Origin: Convolutriloba macropyga
Taxonomy: Eukaryota
Direction: 5' to 3'
DNA: 64,000 nt
Assembly (NCBI RefSeq): GCF_964194025.1
Contig: NC_134471.1
Coordinates: forward strand, 12,276,001-12,340,000
The notes beneath the pieces are model-generated. The model searched no databases. It was not told where the DNA came from and worked only from the letters and a program-made list of their open reading frames with translations. Positions 13,408 through 24,988 of this stretch are shown here, in pieces. The position numbers were made by a program, and so were the translations under genes. The first letter of the stretch is position 1, and each line of letters opens with the position of its first letter.

Positions 13408-16400
13408 GTATATCAAAACAAGCTTTTTTCGGTGTTGCGATGATTTCGTCCTGCAATTGAGCGGCGTGTTCAACATCTGAGGGTCCTGTTAGCGAATCGT
13501 CCACATACATGTCGTTATTGATTGCAAGGCGGAGGTTGCTGTTGGTGCAACTGTCTGCTAAGGCTTTGAGAGGTCTAATTGAGTGGTACAAAGATGATGC
13601 TATTCCATAGGTCACTCTTGTCATTCTGAATGTTTTCAGTTCTGTGTCATTTGGATTTTTCCACAGAACCCTGTGAAAATCCTTGTCTTCATCGTCAAGT
13701 TGAACTTGTCGGTACATCCTGGCAATGTCTGGAGATAGTGCTACCTGATGAAACCAAAAACGAATCAGAATTCCAAACAGATCCTTTTGAAGTTGCGGTC
13801 CAACCATTAGACGGTCGTTTAAAGATACTCCGCTGGCTGACTTAGCTGAGGCATCGAATACGACTCTTAGTTTAGTTGTGCTTCTGGCGTCTTTGATGAC
13901 ACAATGATGTGGCAAGTAGAAACAGTTTGTTGCAGTCATATGAATTCTATTTCTGGGAACTTTTTCCATGTGTCCAAGTTGAATGAATTCCTGAATGAAT
14001 TGACTATATCTGTTGTATACGTCTGGTTGTTTCTCCAATCGGAAGATGAGGCTGCGTAGTCTTGTTTTCGCTTGATGATACGAGTCGCCCAGGGGTTTGG
14101 CGTCTTCTTTGAAAGTGAGTTTAACAACAAATCTTCCCTCTGAGTTGCGTCGGGTGGTACTTTTGAAGTGATCTTCGCATTTCTGTTCTTCTGATGTCCA
14201 CTGTGTTGCTGTCGGAATTTCTTCAATCTCCCAGAATCGCTGTAAATTGTCTGGCTCAGAACAAATGAAGAAAGACTGAAGTTGAGTACTCTTCTTTTCA
14301 AGTTGGCCCTCACGTCCAATCACGAGCCAACCAAAACAAGATAGGCGTTAGGTAATTGGATTTGAGGCTCCTTGATTCTGTTGTCTCCAATCATCAACTC
14401 TTCATATTGTCCTGCTCCAATTATCAAGTCTACGGTGGATGGCTGATTGAAGTTTGGGTCCGCAAGATTGAGGTCCTGAAGTTTTGTCCAACTGCTTCCA
14501 TTCACATGATGCGAAGGTAGATTGCTGGTCAATTTTGCTAACACAGTTGCTCTGATGCTGATGAAGTCTTCATGCTTCGTTTTCAGAATCAATTTTACTG
14601 ATCCTTTGCTGTTGTTGACTTCTTGAACTCCGAGTCCAAAAACCCTTCCGTCGGCTTTCTCTTTTCTCAGTCCAAGGCAATGTACTGCATCTTCCGTGAT
14701 GAGGTTGCTTTGGGTTCCTGAGTCTAGAATGGCTCTGATATCAGTTGCTTTTCCGTTGTTGTCGACTGAAACGATTGCGGTGGGAAGAAATACTTCTTCT
14801 TCTTCTTCATTCTGCGACTGTGCTGCGGCTGTAAATTTTTCTTTGCTTTTGTTGACTGTTCTCGATGCTTGATTGCTTGCTTCTTGTGGTGACGTGCTGC
14901 TAGTTGTCACTGTTGGTGCTGTTGAAGTTGTCCTCGAGTTGTTATTGGCTTCCAAATGCAAAAGACTGTTGTGCTTTTGTTTGCATTTCTTACAAGTTGA
15001 ACCGTTGCATTGTTCACTTCGATGTCCAGGGCGTAGGCAGTTGAAGCAAAGTCCTTTTGTCTTGATCAACTGAGCTCGGTCCTGTACTGAAAGTGCTTTG
15101 ATGACACAATGATGTGGCAAGTAGAAACAGTTTGTTGCAGGCATATGAATTCTTTTTCTGGGAACTTTTTCCATGTGTCCAAGTTGAATGAATTCCTGAA
15201 TGAACTGACTATATCTGTTGTATACGTCTGGTTGTTTCTCCAATCGGAAGATGAGGCTGCGTAGTCTTCTTTTCGCTTGATGATACGAGTCGCCCAGGGG
15301 TTTGGCGTCTTCTTTGAAAGGGAGTTTCACAACAAATCTTCCCTCTGAGTTGCGTCGGGTGGTACTTTTGAAGTCATCTTCGCATTTCTGTTCTTCTGAT
15401 GTCCACTGTGTTGCTGTCGGAATTTCTTCAATCTCCCAGAATCGCTGTAAATTGTCTGGCTCAGAACAAATGAAGAAAGACTGAAGTTGAGTACTCTTCT
15501 TTTCAAGTTGGCCCTCACGTCCAATCACGAGCCAACCAAAACAAGATAGGCGGTAGGTAATTGGATTTGAGGCTCCTTGTTTCTGTTGTCTCCAATCATC
15601 AACTCTTCATAGTGTCCTGCTCCAATTATCAAGTCTACGGTGGATGGCTGATTGAAGTTTGGGTCCGCAAGATTGAGGTCCTGAAGTTTTGTCCAACTGC
15701 TGACATTCACATGATGCGAAGGTAGATTGCTGGTCAGTTTTGCTAAGACAGTTGCTCTGATGCTGATGAAGTTTTCATCCTTCGTTTTCAGAATCAAGTT
15801 TACTGATCCTTTGCTGTCGTTGACTTCTTGAACTCCGAGTCCAAAAACCCGTCCGTCGGCTTTCTCTTTTCTCAGTCCAAGGCGTTGTACTGCATCTTCC
15901 GTGATGAGGTTGCTTTGGGATCCTGAGTCTAGAATGGCTCTGATATCAGTTGCTTTTCCGTTGTTGTCGACTGAAACGATTGCGGTAGGAAGAAATACTT
16001 CTTCTTCTTCTTCTTCATTCTGCGACTGTGCTGCGGCTGTAAATTTTTATTTGCTTTTGTTGACTGTTCTCGATGCTTGATTGCTTGCTTCTTGTAGTGA
16101 CGTGCTGCTAGTTGTCACTATTGGTGCTGTTAAAGTTGTCCTCGAGTTGTCATTGGCTTCCAAATGCAAAAGACTGTTGTGCTTTCGTTTGTATTTCTTA
16201 TCGTTGAACCGTTGCATTGCTCACTTCGATGTCCTGGGCGTAGGCAGTTGAAGCAAAGTCCTTTTGTCTTGATCAACTGAGCTCGCTCCTGTACTGAGAG
16301 TGCTTTGAAACTTTGGCATTGATAATTTTTATGGTTTTCGTCGCAACATTCACACGTTGTGGTCGCTGATGTGGCTATATGTGAAAGGAATTTTCGAAGA

Positions 16401-17323
16401 TGTGGGCTGCTTGTGGGCTTCTTGTCGATGGCTGATGCTGACTGCTGTGTGGCTGCTTCAAGGGCGCGTGTTCTTTCTTCCATGAAGTCTTTCATATCAT
16501 GATAGCGTTGGGGATCTCTCGTTTCGGCGGGAAATTTCTCTGCAATGAGGTACACGAAAAAGATGTCCTGATCGTCCACGGGCTGTCCAAGGTTCCTTAG
16601 CGCTAATCTGTGTTCTTCGACTTTCTCCATGAGATCTCGAAGTGCCTTTGGGTTTTCAATTGTTACCGGTTTCTGTGAAACTATTGCGTGAACATGGGCT
16701 CGCAAAATCAGACGTTTGTTGTCGTATCTGTTCCTCAGGATGTCGCATGATGTACTGAAGTTTGCGTCTGTGATTTGGAGAGAGGTCAAAAGCTTTGCGG
16801 CATCTGCTTTCACTGATGTTTTTAGATACTGCAACGTTTGACTGTCTGTTATCTGGCTGTTGCTTGTCACTGCTCCGGTTAATTGGTCGAAGAAGGGAGT
16901 CCAATCCTTGTAGTCTCCACAAAAAGTTGGCAATTCCAGCTTGGGCAGTTTTACATTGGTGATGGCCGGTCCAGTTGCCAATCGTGGTGTTGAACTTCTA
17001 GGTGGGGTTCTTTTGTAAATGACAAAGCGGTTAATTAGGTCAACATGTTGTCCTATCTTGTCGTCGTAATCTTCTGATTCTTCGATTTCTTCGTCGAGTC
17101 TGTCGGTGTCATCGATCAGGTTTTGAACTTTCTGATTCATGTCTGACAGGTACAACTGTTTTTTTGTCAACAATGCCGAGATTTGTTCCAGTCGTATGAG
17201 CTCCTCTTCACTGACATTTTGTCCAGGTCTCTCTGTAATTGTTTTGGCTTCGTTGTTTAATCTGATTGCAACAGTGCGGTGGGCTGTTCTTGACTTTTTC
17301 AATCTCTCAAGGTTTTCTGTCAT
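13408..17323 (-). pseudogene. Two extra partial copies of BEL/Pao gag-PR-RT (17323-15096 and 15101-13408)
   Basis: ORFs 16130-17323, 15525-15797, 14320-15528 and 13388-14323 are near-identical to the 10092-13198 segments. Confidence 0.92.
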
Positions 17324-17974
17324 TGTTGAAGACTTTTGTGTGGTGCTTTGTTGTTTGTCTGTGGATTTGTTAACTAATTAGTTGCTTTTTCTTTGCTGTC
17401 TCGTTGCCTTTGAGGTGTTGGTCTTTGCTGTGTCTTTGTCTTTGCTGTGTTGCTCTTTGGTTTGGGTGTCTTTGATTCAGATGACTGTTGCTAGATGTAA
17501 ACAAAAGAAAAACCCAAAAAATCCCCAGCTATCTGTCCCCCCGACCAATAAGACAACCAAAAAAAAACACAAAAAACGTTACACTTAGTCTTAGAACCGC
17601 AGAGGGGACGATTAATGCTACCTAGTTTGACGGTTTCACCCTCCATGGTTTTCAAGAAAATGACTCAAAAAACACTTGGCATATATCTGTTCCCCCACTA
17701 GATAACTCTTGTTCCGAGACCCAGGTTAATCAACCTGTCAGTAAATTTAAGTTAATCAACTTAAATGAACTGAGGGGGATGGTTATCTAGTGGTTGTCCG
17801 CTTTTTTTTGTTGATGATTAGCTTATTTTTGATACCCCAACTTAGCCTATCTTAGTCTTATGTACCTCCCCCGATAGAGAATCTAATGTCTAATGTGAGC
17901 TGTTCCTAACCCGGGTGCGTTTGCTCACTCTAATTCTAAGGTATATCCTATGATTTTGTTCGGCGGACCAGAAA

Positions 17975-18176
17975 TGAATACAAGTTCATTTCAATATTTT
18001 TGATTACGAGTGAAGCTCTGCTTCAACGCTTTTTTTGCTTATGTATAGCTTTTTGAATCCAAACGGAAACAAACTTGTCGATGTGAAAGTTACAATTCTT
18101 GTGACTTTGTTAACGCACGAGGTAATTCTTGTTTACAATTTTGTTGAGACCTTGAAAGTTCTTTTGTCCTTGAACA
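17975..18176 (-). repeat. 5' LTR of BEL/Pao element
   Basis: TG...CA, 202 bp; followed on minus strand after 4 nt by TGGTCCGCCGAAC (putative PBS, 17970-17958). Confidence 0.95.
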
Positions 18177-18631
18177 AAATCGTTAATTATTTTAAAGCCT
18201 AGCGGAGTAAAGTTTTAGGCTAAATGCAAGCTGAAAATCGTGAATTTGAGTTAGTGACGGTGCTTTTTTTATCAATTATCTTCATGATTTTAGCATTTAG
18301 TTTTCATCAAGCAAAATGTAAAATGAGACCAGATTTTGTGTATAACGTATCTCGTTTCCACGAAACTCCAAATGTCTTCTAAAAAAGCAGTTATCGCAGT
18401 TATCGCGTTTTTGATTGTTATAAACATCAGCCAAAATAGTTCAAATAAGCTTCAACATTGTTAATACAAGGCAAAATTTATGCAGTAACGTGGTTTTTGT
18501 CAACGGTATATCATCAGTTGAAACCCTCTTAACCTAAATTTTCTAATTTCAAAAGACAGCATCCAATGGTGAATGCCATATTCAGATGGTTAATTATTTG
18601 AAAAAGTCATTATGAATACTCTTTTTTATAT

Positions 18632-18935
18632 TGCAGCAGTAGTATTTCTGGATGTACACCTCCAACCAATCAGAGACTGAGAAGACACTATTCTCTTAAA
18701 TAAAGCGCCTGCTCCACTACATCTAGTCCGTCTGTTAGTTTGGATAAACATGTGTATATACTTGAATCCGGTGCTATACTGTATTATCACCGTATTAATA
18801 GAAATTTATCTAATGTGTTTTACAGAGTCGGTTAGTCTTAGAAATATAGGTAAGCCTACTTCGCGCGCAGAAATAAATAGCCCTAGTTCTTTATACTTTA
18901 AGGCTGTAAAAGTAGCCCACCTTGGGTCTGCCTTA
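18632..18935 (+). repeat. 5' LTR of Gypsy-like element
   Basis: Aligns with 24684-24988; visibly more diverged than the BEL LTR pair. Exact 3' end uncertain by 1-3 nt. Confidence 0.85.
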
Positions 18936-20496
18936 ACTGGTTTAACCAGTGAACGCTCACAAACATACTATTCTCTCTTAAGAAAAAACTTAGAGCTAGT
19001 TTATACTCTTTTTACACCTAAAATTTAGAAAACGGGAACACATACCCATCAAATTATTAAGAAAATAAACATGAAAACACAAGTATTAGTAAAATGAGCC
19101 ATCAAACTGGCCAAACGGCATCAAAATTGGACACACATTCCGACGAATTACACCTAGTTGTTCTTACACAACAGAACAAACGTCTTTTGCATGAAAAACT
19201 ACCATTTAAAATTGCACAATATCAACACCAAGATGAATTAAACTTTAAAGACAGCGAAACAATTCAAATATCACTATTTTGCAGTAGAGCAACTGCTTCT
19301 CCTCTCTTTACCGGACAAAGCTTCACAAGTCTCACTGACTGCTTTTCTTTCATATCTAATCGAAATCTACCGAGCTCAACTCACAAAAGTCTTATTTCTG
19401 TTTTTTGCGACCCTCTCACTAAAAGTTATTTTTCACTCATTTACGACTTTTTAAATAAACCACTATCAGACACACTATTTGAATTTTTTCATCGGAGTTT
19501 TGACAGAATTAGAACCCTCTGATAGAAAATCGTCATTTGAATTTCTAAAATGCCGAGCGTCAACACTAAACACCGCTGATTCAAAGTTAGGAAAAGAAAA
19601 CTTGCACAAAATTGCTAAAAAAGAGTTCGAAGGTTTCACTCACCTTATAAAACGTAAATAAGCCTTGCAAAATCTGCCGAAGAGGAGATTAGACTCACTC
19701 ACACTTCTATCCTGGTACAAACGAAGATTTTGTTAAAGTTTAGGAAGACCTATTTCTTCGGCCGCAAAACACATAGCAGATACGTACCCCCAACTAATGG
19801 ATAAACTACCAGAAACACTACACAACATTTATGACTAAAATTAGTTTCCAGAAAATTTCATAAGTATCACAGAAATACCATCTGAAATTATACAAAAAAT
19901 TGATCATATAATATAGAAAATGGAAACCATAATGCCGAAAACCAACCTCTTCAATTCACAAACATTCCGGAAAATACAAATACATCACTTGAAGCATCAC
20001 CAATAGAAAACATGGATAACATTGTACATTCAAGGCCGACGGACTCAAAGTTAAATGAAACCACAGATACTGACTTTATTTCCAATAACAACAATAATAA
20101 TAATGAGATGATAAACGCTATCTCTAATAATATAAATGTTCACAAAATCAAAGACAACCTGTGAACTCACCCGAATTGGCACAAAGTTCAGATCCTCTAA
20201 ATACAACTCTTCCCTTACTACCTGATCTAAATACACCTTTACTCAGCTTACAAAGAACAAAGACAGAATTCATAAAACTTCAAAACTGAACCAGTTATCT
20301 GAAAAACACAGGCTCAACAGCTTCAACTAACAATCAAAATATTCAATTAACCCCAGAACGATTAGTAAATTTTGTCAGACAATTTAATTCAAAAACTACT
20401 CAACAGACAACAAACGCTCCAACCCCTTATTACTTACATACACCTTCAGCAGTGTTTACCCAAACACCTCCGCCAGTTGTTAGAAGAAATACACAA

Positions 20497-21185
20497 ATGA
20501 TATAACTTTATGTAGGAGGGTCAGTACCCATGAGGCAGTCTTTAAGACAATTTGATGGTACTGACGCTATGTACACTACAGAAGATTTCCTAACTCTATC
20601 ACAGTAAACAGGTTAACGACAGCTGGACCGGAACGTTTCGACTCACCGTATCATAAAGCATAGTTTCTAAAACCAATCACCATGATACAAACGGCTTTAA
20701 TCGGCCCAGCACGACAGCGGTATTCAAGTCCACCACTAGAAGTTAAAAAAAAGAACTGGTGAGAGTTTTGCCGAGAAATTCAAAAGAGTTTTTGATAATC
20801 AACAATCTCAAACACAAAGGAAATTACTATTAGAAAGCATAACTCGTGCCCAGGAGAACAAATAAAAACATTAGCACTCAGAATTGAACAAATGGCTGGA
20901 AAAGCATACGTTAATAACGCTCCAGATATGTAAATGCACTGATGAATGACGCACTTGTCAAAGCAATTGATCCAAAATTAACTAGAATTGCTCTTAAAAA
21001 GATTGTTAATCACAAATCCGCAGTATTGGAACCACAGCTTCCATTTGCACAGTTAATTGAGAAAATTCATCGAGAAGACATTACTAGAGCACATATAGAT
21101 AGAAATAAAACAAATAAAAATTCCACTATTTCATCAACCATAAAGAATATATCTATGGAAGTAGATAATCTCACAATAGATTATA
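20497..21185 (+). pseudogene. Degenerate Gypsy-type gag (capsid)
   Basis: Frameshifted translation SLRQFDGTD...TTEDFL...IQTALIGPA...KNW.EFCREIQKSF...GEQIKTLALRIEQM...MNDALVKAIDPKL resembles the Retrotrans_gag pattern. Confidence 0.65.
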
Positions 21186-24100
21186 TCAGCATAAATAGCT
21201 AAAGAGATTGGACTGAATTAATAGATAAAACGAAATTTAACCAATCAGTAGATGACGCCGCCAAAAAGTTTGAAGTGGCACACATAGTTAAAATCGCAAA
21301 ACAGGCACAATTACAAGAACAATTTTCACAACTACAAAGCCAATACATCAATTACTTCAACAATCTCTTTATTGACGGAAAGGAGTTTACACTCCTCCGT
21401 CTCGATTGGCGTGACTTAATCAACTGCAATTATTTAAAAGAATCCTTCATAGGAGTCTCTGGATATCCCTGTTACGTATCAAAAAAACAGTCAAAATATG
21501 GACTCTTTTTAAATTCCTACAGTGCCTAATAGGACTATTTCGTTTCGCTATTAACGCGAATAACCTCAAATCACTTTTAGGTCCTAATATCACATTGGCT
21601 TAGATTAAAACATCCCAATTTTTTGGAGTATTCTCACAAACTATTTTCCATGCATTACAATCATACTCTTCACAATATGAACCACCCTCGCCGATGCAAA
21701 GACGAAAGCACTCTGTTGATCGTAGCACTCACTCTCTCAAAATGAATTGAATCTACTACACAGAAAATTTAGAGAAAAACAAAAGAAAATTTTTCTATAA
21801 GAAAATTTCCTCTATAAGAAAATTTCCTCTCCCGTACATAACTCGAATAAGCATAGAGCTTCTACTCTTCCCACATCCTTCTATGAATGCTACGAACTAC
21901 CAGTGAGCCAAACAGGTAACCAGATTTGCAATCACTCTATTAGGACATTTCCCACCCTAGTAAACGCAAGCGATCACATGCCATATCACTCTCTAAAGAT
22001 TCTTTCGAAGATGGTCCTATTTATCAGGATATCCTGGAAGAACTTATCTTAAAATTACCAAGTACTCGTATGTAACATCTTTTTGCTTTAGTGACACCAC
22101 AGCTGTCAATACCGCTCCTCAGTATGGAGGTTCACTTATCCCTCCAAACGTCGACCCCACAGCGTACGACCCTATTAAACTGGATGCCGACAACATCCTG
22201 CCATTGCCACTCACGCCATATGTGCTGCCCCCTCCAGTGCCTGAAGCAGTATGGGAAATTTAGACGCCGGCCCTCTCTACGATGGCCCAGTTCTCCCCAC
22301 AGCCATAGTCTCAGGAATCGGCCACCTATGCTCCAGTGCCTTCAACCGCCACTTCTACTTCGTCATCGGGATAACCGCATTTATACATCGGGAGCGACAC
22401 ACGCTCACCCACAGCACCTATGGTATCACTGAGTTTGTCACACGAACTCTTGCTACAGGGGCAACCAGCCGGTGCCACAGCCACCGCATTCCTTTACTTT
22501 GGCGCCACAGCCGCCACAGCCGACGTCATGATCGCCACAATTGGTGCCACAGCCCATACCCCAGCCCCCACACAGCTACACAGCTCTTCTTGGGCTAACA
22601 AAGTTGCTGCGGAACAATCGCGTCGCTCAACATCCGAAACAGTAGTCCCTAATTGGGCCTATTTGGGCGGAATTGTTGGCCCCCGAACACGCTCCCAACC
22701 ACTGGTGTATCTACCACCAGTGGTGCCAACACCAACATCACAACCCACGAACATTCAATCACAAGTACATGGAGTACCTACAATTCCTCCACCTAGAGCT
22801 CGACCAGCCTTCCCTCAGCCACCTCCTTTTGATCGGCCAACATCGACCGATATTTACCTTTGCACGGACCCTTCTCCACGAAGACGTCCCAGACCAACAA
22901 CATACGAAATTTATCCCATACGGTTAAAACTTATGCAGACCTCGTCAGAATCACCCGCTAGGTATACAACTAGCTCACCAAGAGGCTCACAGCCCTCAAA
23001 CTCCAAGGCACGAGTGAATCCCTTTACTCCCACACAAGGAGTTTTGCACAGAGCACCCGGCCCGAACTTTAAGTTCCACGGGTTTACTTATCCTCTTGGC
23101 ATCAACACAGACTATTGTGATCATGTTCCTGAAAGGTTAACCACGTCGTCACGCAGCCTCACCATACATTGAAACCAACAGCTTGCACATATTTACTGGG
23201 ACAGCTAGAGAATGAGTATGTCGAGGAAGGAAGGGATAAGGAATTCTTTCTAGAGTGCCTCCACTTTCCTATAAAACCCTGGTTTACGGAGAGCTTGTGG
23301 CATCTTTCCAAGTACTTCTTCGCCCTGCCCTCGGAGATTGTCAAACCAATTATTTGAACAATGTTTACGAGAGAATTTGCCCCTTTGCGTAATTACCAGA
23401 AAACGACCCTTTCTGCCTTAAGTCTGGTTTTTTGCATCCAACACAAATTGATGTAAATAACCAAACGCACAAAGTCAACCGGAAAAAGATGTTACAAATC
23501 ATCCACAACTAGCTCTTTGTCCAGCACCACTTTCGCAGAATGAATCCATTGGTCCACGTAAACTCGCGCCTTCAATATGTCAGCACAAAATTCACTTCAG
23601 CCTACTGCATAAACTACAGCTACATCAGCTACCCCAACTATTGTGAAAGCGCCATTTGTAGTTTTATTCCAATAAAAATTTGCTTTTTCTTTACTCTACA
23701 CAAAATTACAAACACCGATTTTTGTCCCCATCGAATAACTCCAGTACGTAGAGAGAGGCACCACAAAGTTTATGTAAGAGCATACTTTCAATCGCCTTTA
23801 CAGGGACTGGATGATGGACAAGCTGGCGAACAGAGAGCCGACGCCAGAAGAAACACGAATTCTCAATCACCTCTTGGCGTTACAAACCCACTGCAACACT
23901 GATTTGTCGCTCGTGCACTTTCGCACGAGACAAGGATTTTCTGGAATTCTTCTGGGATCCTGACAATCGGGCCCCTGACTTCGAATTTGAGTTCCGGACG
24001 TAGGCCACAGTCCAACCAAAATGAGCTCAGTGACCCACAAAAACTCGCGGACTCACTGTTTTGCACTGAACTAATAAAAAATTTCATTTTCTTTTCTTTG

Positions 24101-24683
24101 CTTTCTATTTACAATTCTATAATTTCTTTCATCTATATACTACTTTCTTTCATTCTTCTCTGCCATAATTGACAATTAGGATCAGTTCTTTTCTTCTATT
24201 CTCCGGTCGGAACTTAATCAGCACGCACTGAATTTCAGTGGAAGTTTAAGGGTAGCTCACACAGTAGCTAAAGGGTGGATTTCCAACAGAAGGTAAGCTG
24301 GTAAATCCGATCGGTAAAACCCTGTACTAAATAGAGATAAACAGAAATCTCCCTGTACATCCAACGGAGACTGCAGACTACAAGTGATCCTCCAAATGGG
24401 AACAAACCCTCACTACAAGACAGTGAGAGACAGTTGAGTACTTTGACAGGAGTGACGTTACTGGCCGGCACACCCTGTAACTGGCAGCTTCACTGGTTCC
24501 ACAATTGAGTGGACTATTCACTGACGACACTAGTCAGCACTCTACTGACAGGGATTTCAGACGACGGCACAAGTCACAAGCCCACTTTGACTCCTCATTT
24601 CACAACACAACGGGGGTGCCAGATCCAGCATGTTTCTGCTACAATTCACAAATTCGGATTTAAAACTCTTAACCCCGGATGGA

Positions 24684-24988
24684 TGTAGCAATTGAAAAAC
24701 TGGATGTACACCTCCAACCAATCGGAGACTGAGACGACACTATTCTCTTATATAAAGTGCATGCTCCACTAACTCTAGTCAGTCTGTTATTTTAGATACA
24801 CCATGTGTATACACTTGACTCCGGTGCTATACTGTATTATCACAGTTTTAATAGACGTTTATCTTCTGTGTTTTACAGAGTCGGTTAGTCTTAGAGATAT
24901 TGGTAACCCTACTTCGCGCGCAGAATTAAGTAGCCCTAGCTCTTCTTATCCTAAGGCTGTAAAAAGAGCACACCTTGGGTCTGCCTTA
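24684..24988 (+). repeat. 3' LTR of Gypsy-like element
   Basis: Aligns with 18632-18935. Confidence 0.85.

Larger units (their letters stand above)
6555..18176 (-). mobile_element. BEL/Pao LTR retrotransposon, 11.6 kb, internally rearranged and defective
   Basis: Two 202-bp TG...CA LTRs; 5-bp TSD AAATC (6550-6554, 18177-18181); gag (KLPKLELP, DUF1759-like, triple zinc knuckle), protease (AILDSG), RT (YLPHH, KLRVVFDAS, YVDD), Pao RNase H (ELHVFCDAS), integrase. Confidence 0.97.
18632..24988 (+). mobile_element. Non-autonomous Gypsy-like LTR retrotransposon, 6.4 kb, gag remnant plus accessory ORFs, no pol
   Basis: ~305-bp direct repeats 18632-18935 and 24684-24988 starting TGCAGCA/TGTAGCA; probable TSD ATAT; PBS-like TGGTTTAACC after the left LTR; PPT-like ccccggatgga before the right LTR. 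Confidence 0.85.

Noticed and set aside
7692-17588. Plus-strand and alternative-frame ORFs within the BEL element
   Set aside because: Antisense or shadow frames of gag-pol.
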